Assembly (NCBI GenBank): GCA_965204745.1
Contig: OZ242010.1
Span: 1,952,001 to 2,016,000, forward strand
From: Candidatus Latescibacterota bacterium
Lineage (GTDB): Bacteria; Latescibacterota; UBA2968
DNA: 64,000 bases
Direction of reading: 5' to 3'
Positions 36,300 to 46,100 of this stretch are shown piece by piece (within the stretch, counting starts at the first letter, position 1; the number at the start of each line of letters is the position of its first letter). The notes under the pieces were generated by a model that saw only the letters and a list, made by a program, of their open reading frames with translations, was not told where the DNA came from and did no database searches. Position numbers and translations under genes: made by a program.

Positions 36300-37853
36300 T
36301 CACGCCAAACAGCGACGCAACTTGGGGGTATCTCCCAAAGCACGAAGAAAAATACCCCGTGCGCCGTTGATATCTCGATCCATCGCCTGACCATCTATTC
36401 TGCTACGAATGACCCGCGCACCACCTAACTTCTTCACCACCTCGCCTGTCCAACTGACCGTCTTGGACGTGTATGCCTCGTTCACATCCAAAACCAACTT
36501 GCCCATCTCAAATGCCTTGTGCTTCAAAAACTGCTTGAAACGATAATGAGCAAACGTCAAAAGACTACGGACAGACTTGCTACGAAGACAACGCTGACCA
36601 CGAACAACCATCTCGCTCGTACCAAAGGTCGGCAACAAGATCACATCATAATTGTCAACCAACCAACGAGACACCTGCTTGTGTAACTCATCGACCAAAT
36701 CACGTATCCGACAACGCATACGCTTAATCGCACGACCAAGACGACTCCTACGATAACCCTTCGCCCTCGCCTTACGACCAATCACCCCATCAAGATGAAC
36801 ACACAAACGATGTACCTGACCAAAATCGCCCTCGCCAATCTTACCACAACCATTTTCAGAATAGAACGTCAAGAAACTACGAATACCCGGATCAAGTGCC
36901 ACAACACGCCCTTGAGTCTCGGCTACGCACCGTGGACTTGAATAAGGCACAGTAACATAGTACCGGCCATTGTAACTCACAAAACGACCATCCCTCGGTA
37001 CAACAGACAACGGCTCCGACAAACGAATATCGCCAAGACTGCGAGGATAGATCGCCGTCAAATCCTTATTCCACGCATCCTTGCTCAAAACAAACGACTG
37101 CATAGGATTCTTGCGACTGCGAAAATGTAACTTAACCTTACGCTTTATACCTTTATCCTTCAAATCCTTACGCTTCTTCTTTACCGCCTCATGTGCCCGA
37201 TACGCATCCGTTATCGCACCATTTAATACCCTACAAGGCACATCCCTAAATCGCTTAGGCATCACAGCACGCACGATATCACGCATCTCATACTCATGAA
37301 GAGAAAAACCCAAACGATACAATGACACGGCCTCGTTATACATCCAACGACTACCTGACATCCATAACTTGACCAACTCACGCTGGTCACTTGTCAGATA
37401 GACTCTTATCTTTCTTGATTTTGTCACGATACTTGCGGAGTCCGTACAGCCGACAAGAGAACGGATGGAGCATGGACAAAATATCTTCCGTGAGTTCTTG
37501 TTCCGGACTGCAACTTGACTCGTCGAGAACCACGACATCGCCCCCGTTTTGCTTTGCCAACCAGTCAATAAGTTCAAAGCCGAACCGTGCAAGACGGTCT
37601 TGGTGGGCAACCACAATGCGCAACTTCTCTCCGCCGTGTAAGCGTTCCAATAGGGCAACAAGGCCTTTCCGCTTCCCGTTGAGACCTCCCCCAATGTCTT
37701 TGACGATCTCTGCGCCGGGATAACGGGATTGAAGCGCGACTTGACTTTGCAAGTCATCTCTTTGTCCGTAACTGCTGACACGGGCGTAGCACACAACGGC
37801 AACGCCAACGGATTCCCGCAAGAACGCATCGACATTGTATAACCTCTTTCCAC
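36300..37853 (-). CDS. tnpB: TnpB RNA-guided endonuclease, IS607 type (true start uncertain; core begins near 37420)
   Basis: SRKIRVY..W....RWMYN; RuvC-I ALDPGIRSF; ILLP; VNEAYTSKT; DRDINGARGI. Confidence 0.9.
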   Translation of the reverse strand: MERGYTMSMRSCGNPLALPLCATPVSAVTDKEMTCKVKSRFNPVIPAQRSSKTLGEVSTGSGKALLPYWNAYTAERSCALWLPTKTVLHGSALNLLTGWQSKTGAMSWFSTSQVAVRNKNSRKIFCPCSIRSLVGCTDSASIVTKSRKIRVYLTSDQRELVKLWMSGSRWMYNEAVSLYRLGFSLHEYEMRDIVRAVMPKRFRDVPCRVLNGAITDAYRAHEAVKKKRKDLKDKGIKRKVKLHFRSRKNPMQSFVLSKDAWNKDLTAIYPRSLGDIRLSEPLSVVPRDGRFVSYNGRYYVTVPYSSPRCVAETQGRVVALDPGIRSFLTFYSENGCGKIGEGDFGQVHRLCVHLDGVIGRKARAKGYRRSRLGRAIKRMRCRIRDLVDELHKQVSRWLVDNYDVILLPTFGTSEMVVRGQRCLRSKSVRSLLTFAHYRFKQFLKHKAFEMGKLVLDVNEAYTSKTVSWTGEVVKKLGGARVIRSRIDGQAMDRDINGARGIFLRALGDTPKLRRCLA

Positions 37854-37959
37854 CTAGACTACGGATATGCTCAATCCGACCACCATTTGCCCACCTTCTC
37901 AACGTGCTCGGATGAACCCCAAGCAAAGCAACAGCCTTGCGAGTATTTACATAAGACAT
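37387..37959 (-). CDS. tnpA: IS607 TnpA serine recombinase with N-terminal HTH
   Basis: LLGVHPSTLRRW...G.I, GGKRLY, CYARVSS..Q.DDL..Q, VVAHQDRLARFGFELI, EL.EDILS. Confidence 0.93.
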   Translation of the reverse strand: MSYVNTRKAVALLGVHPSTLRRWANGGRIEHIRSLGGKRLYNVDAFLRESVGVAVVCYARVSSYGQRDDLQSQVALQSRYPGAEIVKDIGGGLNGKRKGLVALLERLHGGEKLRIVVAHQDRLARFGFELIDWLAKQNGGDVVVLDESSCSPEQELTEDILSMLHPFSCRLYGLRKYRDKIKKDKSLSDK

Positions 37960-37987
37960 AGACAATAATATAGACAAACAACAAAAG

Positions 37988-38413
37988 TCAACAAATCATT
38001 TTACTACATGTTAGCACCTCCTCTTCGACATGTTGCAATTTGGCTTTGACAATGTCGCCGATAGAGATGATGCCGACGAGGGTGTTTTCGTCATCCAAGA
38101 CGGGCATGTGGCGAAAGCGGCCTTCTGTCATTTTTGCCATGACGTATTCGATGTCGTGATCCGGATTGCCCGTGACGAGGTCGCGCGTCATGACGTCTTC
38201 AACGCGCACGGCCCGCAAGTCCGTGTCTTTGTACACTTCGCGCATGAGATCGCGCTCGGTGATGATGCCGAGCAAGGTGCCTGTGTGATCGTGTGCGATG
38301 AGCGCGCCGATTTTGTTTTCGATCAGGGTCGCCAGGGCCAAATACAAGGTGTGGTGGGGTTCAATGGTGAGGACGCGAGTGCCCTTTTGGTTGAGGATGT
38401 CCCGAATGGTCAT
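37988..38413 (-). CDS. CBS-pair protein whose last 14 codons are displaced by IS607 (remnant at 36198-36242)
   Basis: MTIRDIL..KG, GIITERD, V.DVMT, M...RFRHMPV, LVGIISIGDIVK; RBS GGAGGA. Confidence 0.88.
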   Translation of the reverse strand: MTIRDILNQKGTRVLTIEPHHTLYLALATLIENKIGALIAHDHTGTLLGIITERDLMREVYKDTDLRAVRVEDVMTRDLVTGNPDHDIEYVMAKMTEGRFRHMPVLDDENTLVGIISIGDIVKAKLQHVEEEVLTCSKMIC

Positions 38414-38759
38414 GATCGTTCCTCCTAAAAAAAGACGATGCCGATGAAAAGCGATTTGCAGCCGAACTTTCATCGGCTCAAATTTTCCGGTGGCATGGCC
38501 CTCCTCCTGTTGTGGTGTTCGCAGTGGTGTTTGGGAGAATATACACCGGGCAAAACCATAAGTCAACGCTTTATTATTTTGAAAAGTATTATTGCTAATA
38601 ATACGCCTACACAACGTTACAACGCGCTTATGTTTTTGACGACAAGCCTTCAAGAGAGGGGATTGATTTTGCATTGCCAACGGGTCACAAATTGATTTTT
38701 ATGTTCAGCGGTCGTGCGGAGGTATCGTTCAGAAAAACTTAGCTTTTTAGGACAATGCG

Positions 38760-39995
38760 ATGGTTACATGGGATTGGACAAAAAATACTTGGGAATGCGA
38801 TGCGTGTGGCGCATCGGACAATCACGCCCTCGCCAATTTTTGCGCTCGGTGTGGGGCTTTGATCACGGATAAAGTCGTCTCTGTTGCGGCGCCTCCAAGC
38901 CCTTCGGAAGACCACCAGCCCGAGGAACATTTGGTTCTGCTTAGAGGGCCCGATGTGCTTTTGAACATCTTTGGCGTTGCATTGGTCGGAAAGAAAGCGA
39001 CCGGGAATATGACGGCTTTTCCCGATCCCCTCCGCGAAAGCAGTTCTTTTGACCTTCCCCACATGGACAAAGGGATCGCGCAAGTCCGTTTTGACCAAGG
39101 GTGGGTCTATGTTCTGGATGCTCTGGGCACGCTTTTTGTTTTTCCGACATCGGCACTTCGCGACGGGTCTATGGCTCGGAGTACCAAATGGCGGCGTTGT
39201 GCTGAAAATGTACACAAATTTTGGTCGTTCAAAGACAGGCTGATCGTCCTCGGCGAAGAAGGCCGGGAGATAAAAATGGGGGCGAGACCAGCCGTACAAA
39301 ATTTTTGGCGAGAAAAGGAGATGGGTTACGAACCGCAAAAAATAGAATCGCCATTTGAAGTTGAAACGCTGGTCCCGCTCCAGGGCGGGGATTTTCTGGT
39401 GGCTCTCGTGGGAAATAACCAAATGGCCTTGTTGTCCGATGAAGGTGTTTCCGATCCGTACGAGGGATTTGTAGATGGAGACCCTTGCATAGGCGCAAAC
39501 CGCGAAGGCATGCTCCGCTTGGCAACCACACTGGAAAATCGCGAGGTTAGGGTGGTTTCCTTTCAGCGCGATACCACGCAACTCCTTCCAGACGCCATAC
39601 CCGATTTACGAGCGACAGCCCTTCGCACCATAGATATCGATGGTCGAGATTGGTTTGTCGCGGTGACGAGTGATGGCATCCATTTGATAGACCCCTTGAA
39701 TCGCAATATCGCGGCAAGCCGCGAGGTTTTCATGAAGCCGGCGGATATGTGTGCCTCTTTTGGCAATCTCGTTGCGGGCTTTCAAGACGATGAAGACCCG
39801 GCCGGGTCGTCTCAAATGGCGTTGTTCCGGTTTGATCGTCACGCTATTTCTCGCTTGCACGCTTGGTCACTCAAGCCAGGGCTTAAACCCGTGACTGCGC
39901 CGGCGGGTTTTGGGCATGGCTTGTATGTGTTGATGCAGGAACGAAATCTCACAACGCTGTGCTGTTACGCGCTCTGTGGAGATGGAAGGGGTTAG
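38760..39995 (+). CDS. Zn-ribbon protein with a probable beta-propeller
   Basis: WECDACG......NFCARCG; remainder made of short beta strands with GWVYVLD/DGIHLID-type blades and C-terminal TAPAGFGHGLYV. Confidence 0.65.
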   Translation: MVTWDWTKNTWECDACGASDNHALANFCARCGALITDKVVSVAAPPSPSEDHQPEEHLVLLRGPDVLLNIFGVALVGKKATGNMTAFPDPLRESSSFDLPHMDKGIAQVRFDQGWVYVLDALGTLFVFPTSALRDGSMARSTKWRRCAENVHKFWSFKDRLIVLGEEGREIKMGARPAVQNFWREKEMGYEPQKIESPFEVETLVPLQGGDFLVALVGNNQMALLSDEGVSDPYEGFVDGDPCIGANREGMLRLATTLENREVRVVSFQRDTTQLLPDAIPDLRATALRTIDIDGRDWFVAVTSDGIHLIDPLNRNIAASREVFMKPADMCASFGNLVAGFQDDEDPAGSSQMALFRFDRHAISRLHAWSLKPGLKPVTAPAGFGHGLYVLMQERNLTTLCCYALCGDGRG

Positions 39996-39998
39996 GCT

Positions 39999-41705
39999 AT
40001 GATACGAGTTATTTTTTTGAGCCTGTTGTGCGCGTTGACCTCATCGGTGGATGCACAACAGGTCAGCATACAGGTCGATGGATCCGGTTCTATGGCTGGT
40101 TTCGACAACAGCGCGGAACTCGGTACCTTGGTCGATGTCTTGGAAAAGGCGTGTGAACGGGCGGGCATGCCCTCAGAGACGGTCTTTTTTGTTTCCACCC
40201 GGTCAGATACCGTCGCTTGGCGCGATGCAGAGCGTTTTCAAAAGACAAAGGCGTGGGGGGGATATACCAATCTCGAAGCGGCGTTTAATACGGGATACGA
40301 TAGGGCGCCGATTGTGATGATGCTGACGGACAATGTTCAGGCGGCCAGCGACTTGGACGCGCGAGCACTTTATGCTTGTTTTGCCCGCGATACCATCGAG
40401 GTCTTGCGGGCGATTCCCTTGAAGCGAAGGTTTGCGGGGGTGCTATCCAATCCCCTGCCGGATAGGGGACGGGATGCGTTGCGACGCCTGAATCCGAATG
40501 CCGAAATCCAATTCCGATCAGACGGTCGGCTTTACTACAAAGGGATGAAGGGGTTCGTCCTCTATTTGTTTTTGACACAGGCGCGCTATCGATCCCAATA
40601 CGAGCACCTCGTCGCAGCCTTGCAGAAAGAGGGTATGGAGCCGATGGCGATGAAGCCGATTGACGATGCGATTATTTTGAATCGCGGCGCGATCAGGCCC
40701 ATCGTCGTATCCTTGGACAAAAGAAATCAACTGCGTTTTAATTTTACACTGGAGTCGCGGCTCGAGCATATCAATATCGAACCCTCGGAATCGGAAAATT
40801 CGGATGTGCGGTTCAAAGTCCAGTCCCCGCAAGTCCATGCGCGCAGGGTTGAAGACCGCATGTTATTGGGCCGCCGGTCTTCTCACTACGGCCGGGTCAG
40901 CCCGCCAACACTCATCGACACGCTGTCGTCTGCCGCCGAGCATACTTCTGTCTATACCTGCCTGGTACACTTTGGCCCTTTTCGGCCCGGGCATCAAAAT
41001 TTTTGGGAGTACTTAAGCCTCGCCCGAATCGGCCCTGTGCCTGCGGATTATTTTTTTTCTGTCGCAATCGAAATCCCGCCGCATTCGTTTCGCATGACCC
41101 AGGCTTACAAAGAGCGATACTTCACGGACCAGCCGGGTGTGTTGGATCGCATCTATACGCCTGCGGACCTCATCCAGTACCTCCACCAGCAACCCGCAAC
41201 CGTCGTGCCCCGGGATGGGACTATTTCTGGCGAGCTACGAGTCTCGCCCCTCGTAGGCCCTTGGATCGCGTGGATAGCACTTTGTCTCGTTTTGATAGGG
41301 GTGGTTGGCACACTGGTTTGGATCGCGTTTTATCCGATAAAATACCGGCTTACAGACAGCTTGAATCAAGTTCAGGAGCATGTGGCGCGACCTCTGCATC
41401 GGCCGGTTGATCTCAAAATTTCAAATGCCGCAGGCGACGAGATCGGTTTGGGAACGATTGAGCGACGCGCTGTTTTTCGGTTTGTCCTCTGCCCGGATGA
41501 GGGCGTTCGGGTGGAAGATGTTTTGGGCAATGATCTGGTGGAAGAATTGAGGGCGAGAGGAGGGGAAGATGGCGACGCGCAGGATCATAACGGTGCAGAG
41601 GAAGAACAGAAAGAGATTGAGGTGTTGTTAGAGCCGGGTAAGGTGTTGACCTTGGAAAAAGGCGATCTGTCGGTGGATCTCGAGCGCGTGGTTGCGCGAT
41701 TTTGA
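39999..41705 (+). CDS. Exported vWA-like protein with one TM and an acidic C-terminal tail
   Basis: Signal peptide; MIDAS elements VDGSGSM, GYTNL.AAF and MLTDN; TM WIAWIALCLVLIGVVGTLVWIAF. Confidence 0.7.
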   Translation: MIRVIFLSLLCALTSSVDAQQVSIQVDGSGSMAGFDNSAELGTLVDVLEKACERAGMPSETVFFVSTRSDTVAWRDAERFQKTKAWGGYTNLEAAFNTGYDRAPIVMMLTDNVQAASDLDARALYACFARDTIEVLRAIPLKRRFAGVLSNPLPDRGRDALRRLNPNAEIQFRSDGRLYYKGMKGFVLYLFLTQARYRSQYEHLVAALQKEGMEPMAMKPIDDAIILNRGAIRPIVVSLDKRNQLRFNFTLESRLEHINIEPSESENSDVRFKVQSPQVHARRVEDRMLLGRRSSHYGRVSPPTLIDTLSSAAEHTSVYTCLVHFGPFRPGHQNFWEYLSLARIGPVPADYFFSVAIEIPPHSFRMTQAYKERYFTDQPGVLDRIYTPADLIQYLHQQPATVVPRDGTISGELRVSPLVGPWIAWIALCLVLIGVVGTLVWIAFYPIKYRLTDSLNQVQEHVARPLHRPVDLKISNAAGDEIGLGTIERRAVFRFVLCPDEGVRVEDVLGNDLVEELRARGGEDGDAQDHNGAEEEQKEIEVLLEPGKVLTLEKGDLSVDLERVVARF

Positions 41706-41720
41706 ATGGGAGAGTTGGCG

Positions 41721-42764
41721 ATGGCGACATATCTTTTGGGGGTAATCCCTTGGTTGCTTTTTGTTTTGTCGGGGTGCGGTGGGGGATATACGGGCGACAA
41801 CACGGCTTCGCGGATTGCCGAGCAGGAAGGCCCTGCTGTGGCCTTTGTGGTGGTTGAGAGAGAGGGGGGAAAGAGTCAAGGGTCGGGCATTGCCATCGAT
41901 GGGGCACAAGGTCATTTTCTGACCAACTGGCATGTGATTCAAGGCATGCGCGGACGCAAAGGGTGGGTGCGCGTGCAAGGCGCGGAGTGGATGCCCATTG
42001 TGGCCCTTGTGGCAAAAGACGAGCATAAGGACCTCGCGATTGTGAAGGCCGATTTGGGTGCGCAAGTCATCCACGAGGCGCGTTTGGGAAGCGTGACCGG
42101 GATAAAACCAGGAGATCCCGTGGTCGCGATTGGCAACCCGTTGGGCGAAGAATTTTCCGTCACCGATGGCATCGTCTCGCAAATACGCAATCAAGAGGGC
42201 TATAAGGTCGTTCAGACGACGGCGCCCATCTCGCCGGGCAACAGTGGCGGCCCCTTGTTTAATGAACTGGGCGAGGTGATAGGCGTTGTGACATTTACCA
42301 AACAAGATACGGCGAGGCTCGCCCAAAATCTCAACTACGCCGTGGCAATAGATGAAGCCAAACCTTTGCTGGGCAAAACGGATTACGAGTATAAGGTCGT
42401 GCCCGGCGTCGCCCCGCCGGATTACCTATCGCCCTCTCGGCTGTCCGTTTTATCGGGTTCGCTCAGGTGGGTTTTGTTGGGGATCATCATCGTTGGGATT
42501 TACTCATTTTCAACGCATGTGATCTTCAGATCCCTCATCAGAAATCGAGATCGGAGTCCCAATCAGGCGTTTGGTCTTTCGGCGGTGATTACGTTTTTGG
42601 GAAGCGCGTTGACCATCGTCTTTTTCCTCAGCGGATATTTGGATTATTTGCTGGGTTGGCAGACCACGTACGCCAAAGCCTTTTTCTGGTGGTCGGTCAT
42701 CATTTTTGTGATCGTCCTTGTAATCACTATTTTCATGACACGTACTCAGCGTCGAGAAAATTGA
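41721..42764 (+). CDS. Trypsin-like (S1C) serine protease with lipobox and three C-terminal TM helices
   Basis: LFVLSG|C lipobox; GSG, LTNWHV, DLAIVK, ISPGNSGGPL; three hydrophobic C-terminal segments; no PDZ. Confidence 0.85.
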   Translation: MATYLLGVIPWLLFVLSGCGGGYTGDNTASRIAEQEGPAVAFVVVEREGGKSQGSGIAIDGAQGHFLTNWHVIQGMRGRKGWVRVQGAEWMPIVALVAKDEHKDLAIVKADLGAQVIHEARLGSVTGIKPGDPVVAIGNPLGEEFSVTDGIVSQIRNQEGYKVVQTTAPISPGNSGGPLFNELGEVIGVVTFTKQDTARLAQNLNYAVAIDEAKPLLGKTDYEYKVVPGVAPPDYLSPSRLSVLSGSLRWVLLGIIIVGIYSFSTHVIFRSLIRNRDRSPNQAFGLSAVITFLGSALTIVFFLSGYLDYLLGWQTTYAKAFFWWSVIIFVIVLVITIFMTRTQRREN

Positions 42765-42777
42765 GCTGATGTCTTAA

Positions 42778-42929
42778 GAAGCTATCTCAAAATTATTGGG
42801 ACCTATCCCCCTAGCCCCCTTTCCTAGCAGGAAAGGGGGAATAAAGTCCCCTATTCTTGGGTTTTAATCTGCGAAAAGCGAATGTTTTTGCGGCTATTCA
42901 ATGGCGGTCAGGATTTTTAAGATGGCTTC
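42778..42929. mobile_element. Putative 152-bp MITE of a second family
   Basis: Imperfect TIRs GAAGCTATCTCAAAA / TTTTAAGATGGCTTC (13/15), flanked by TTAA on both sides. Confidence 0.55.
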
Positions 42930-43114
42930 TTAAAACGAACTGGAATCTGGCCCCTTCTGAAAGGGGATGAAGCAGATCGGTTTTGCGAGGGATTTGAGGT
43001 TTTTCATGGCCTTCTCCACACGCATCAAAGCCATCGCGCACAACCCTTGCATTCATCTATCGATCAAGCCTTGCTCCCCTTTCCTTGTAGGAAAGGGGCC
43101 GGGGGATAGGTCCC
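42798..43114. repeat. Diverged GGGACC palindromic element
   Basis: GGGACCTATCCCCC...GGGGGATAGGTCCC ends; internal CGGTTTTGCGAGGG shared with the other copies. Confidence 0.7.
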
Positions 43115-43139
43115 AAATCAAACACTTTGGAGGCAAACC

Positions 43140-46100
43140 ATGATGGAAACAGGAGCGACAGCAGAACGCATTGGCGGCGCGCAACGGGGAGAGGATCGAG
43201 TCAGTATCAGGCCAACTGTGCTGATCGGGTTGGGAGGTACGGGTAAGGAAGTGTTGCGGCGTCTCAGGCGGATGTTTTACGAAAAGTACCGGATGCCGGG
43301 CCTGCCCGTGATGGAGTTTCTCTGGTTTGATACGGACATCCGCAATATCGACATTACGAGAAAGGAAACGGATTTGCTGGATCGGCGCATCGATTTTTCG
43401 GCTCGTGAAATGGTGGATGGCAGTGTTGGGCCGCAAGAACTCGAAGCATACCGCAAAAACAAAGGGATGTACCCCCATATCTGGTCGTGGTTTCCCGATG
43501 CGCTTGACAGCCTTGCCTCGGATGCGATTACCCAGGGCGCAGGGCAGATTCGACCATGTGGGCGGTTGGCGTTTTTCCATCACTATGCCAAACTCCGCAT
43601 GGAGATCGAAAACAAAATCAAGCGCGTTCAAAGCGCGGATGCCGAGACAGAGATGAAACGGATGTTTCCCGACTACGATGCCGACTCGAATGATCTGGAA
43701 ATCGTGCTCGTCACGTCTATCGCTGGCGGGACGGGTTCGGGTTCGTTTATCGACATGGGCTTTCTGTGTCGAGACCTCGCCCCCAACGCCGTTAGGACAG
43801 CCTACTTGGTGTTGCCTTCTGTTTTTGATGGGGTTATAGGTGGAGCACGCCAGACGCCGCGGGCGAATGGGTTTGCCGCCATCAAGGAACTCGAACACTA
43901 TATGAAGCCTCGCTTTGATGCCCAAGGCAGTGATGGTAGCCGTCATACGACGCATATATTTGAGTGGGATGGCAGGCCGCACGAGGTCTCCGCGCCTCCG
44001 TTTTCGACCGTGTATTTGCTGGATGACAGAAATTTTGCTGGAGTCCGCGTTGAAGATTTTACCGATGTGTTTCAGATGATCGCCGAATTTCTGTTGCTCG
44101 ATTTCGATCAGACCCGGTTTGCGCTAGACAAGCGCAGTGTGCGCTCCAACATGGAGCAATTTTTACAGGAAGTCGCGACGTATAAAAACGATCATTACGT
44201 CCAGTACTTCCCGTGTCGATATGCCTCATTCGGTCTGTCGCAAATGGAGATCAACCAACCCCGCCTCGCCAATGCGGCATCCAATCGGTTCGCGCAGTAT
44301 TTGGTGGACTTTATCATCGCAGAAGAGAATGAAGTTCCCGCAGGATTTTCCACAGCCGATGTGTTGCCCCAACTAGCACAACTCGAGCTCACGGCAGACC
44401 GGCTGATCGGCCTCGCGTTGAACCGCCCGGGAGCAGATTTTACGCTCGCCGATGATGCTATCACTAAAAATTTGTCACCGGTTTTTGACGATCTTCAGCA
44501 GAAAATTCGGAAAGCACCCGAAGCGCGGGAAGTTGCGGTACTCGAAAATCAAGTGGCAGAAGCCAAATCAACGGTTGAAGGCATAACCCTTGAAATACAA
44601 CGAGAAGTGGCAGAAAAGCTCAAAGAGGAGGGAACGAGCAAAGGGGATGATATCAAACAGATCATCGACAATATTGACCGGCTGATTCCAAAGTTGGAAG
44701 ACGGATTAGAAGATTATTGTATCGGCTTGCTCTGCGATCCGATGGAATGTGGGCCCAACTATGTGGTCAGTTTCTTACAATACGGCAAGGAGGCGTTGGA
44801 AGGCGTGCTTGAGGAGTTGACTCGGCTGGCGAATGAGCCGATGGAAGGCCCCAAAGTTCCCGCTATCGACGTCGCGTTTTCAGAAGACTTTCATCTCTTT
44901 GACCAGCGGTTGAAAGAGGCGCGGGATATTCCTTTGGCTTGGCAAAGCAAAAAAATCGCGGTGCGTTACTACGAGGGGAAGAAACAAGAGGCTTTTCGAG
45001 AATGTACCCAGAAGGTCAACAGAGACCTACTCGATCAGGTGGAGGCGACGCGGCAGGAGCTCGCCGATTGGGTGCGGAAACGCTTTCGCAAGGATGCGGC
45101 CAGATTTCTCATCGATCCCGTCAAAAGAATCATCAGCCTGTTGGGAAGCCGAGCAGAGATTGTCGGAGATGATGGCAAGATCAGTCTCAGAGTGAGCGGC
45201 ATCCAGCAACAGGTTCAAATCTTCCGGGACAATCTACGGGAGATGAGCGGTGAGTTTTCAAAGATCCATCAGGCGTATATTCGGCGCGAAACGGGTGAGC
45301 GAAACTTGAATCTCACACCTGAGTTGAACTACGCTGAGGAAATCCCCGAGCATCTCCGGCGGGATAGAGAATGGCGGGAAACCGATCTGCGGCGTCTTTG
45401 CCAAAGGGCGTTGGAAAATTATTTTCGTTCTGAGGAGGCCAAAAACATATTTGCCAATCTCGCAACAGCAGCGGGTGAGGAGATCGACCTCATCAGGGCG
45501 GGGACGCGAGAGATATTCAATCGGTCTGCCAACAGTGACCGCGCCCCTCGCGATTGGGATGGCGTGCGAGAGACGATAGATAAGTACACCTTTCGGCTTT
45601 TCAAGGATTTCAAAACGGACCTTTACGCCACCGAAGAGTTGCGGCGGCGTTTTGGTGAGCGAGAGGAAATCGTCAAGCGAAGCCAGCGGGCCGCGCCTCG
45701 GGTTTCGACCGGTCGAGAATTGCCCGGGCTGAAGGATATTTCCGATAACCGCATCGGCGGAGACGCTGACTGGGTCAATGAAGTCAATCGCATTGCCTCG
45801 CCGGCCAAGGGCGATCCTTATGAGCCAACAGAGCACAGAAACGACGCCATCGTGTTTGTGAATCAATGGATGGCATTTCCCCTTTTATCCATTGGAAACA
45901 TAGATGACATGCACCGCGATTACAGGGCAGATATAGAGGCACAGGCTGACAATGTGTATAAGCGTCACATGATCGAAAATTATTTTCAATTTGCCGATAT
46001 TCTACCGCCGCAAAGCGATAGCGAAGTGCAGGCCCTGATTCAGGCACAGCGTGCGCTGATCAATGGGTTGCTTATGGGCATTGTCAACTACGATGACAGC

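Larger units (their letters stand above)
36243..38014 (-). mobile_element. IS607-family element (tnpA serine recombinase + tnpB), inserted at a TG dinucleotide
   Basis: No TIRs; short AGACA direct repeats near the left end; removing 36243-38014 rejoins an in-frame CBS C-terminus. Confidence 0.88.
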
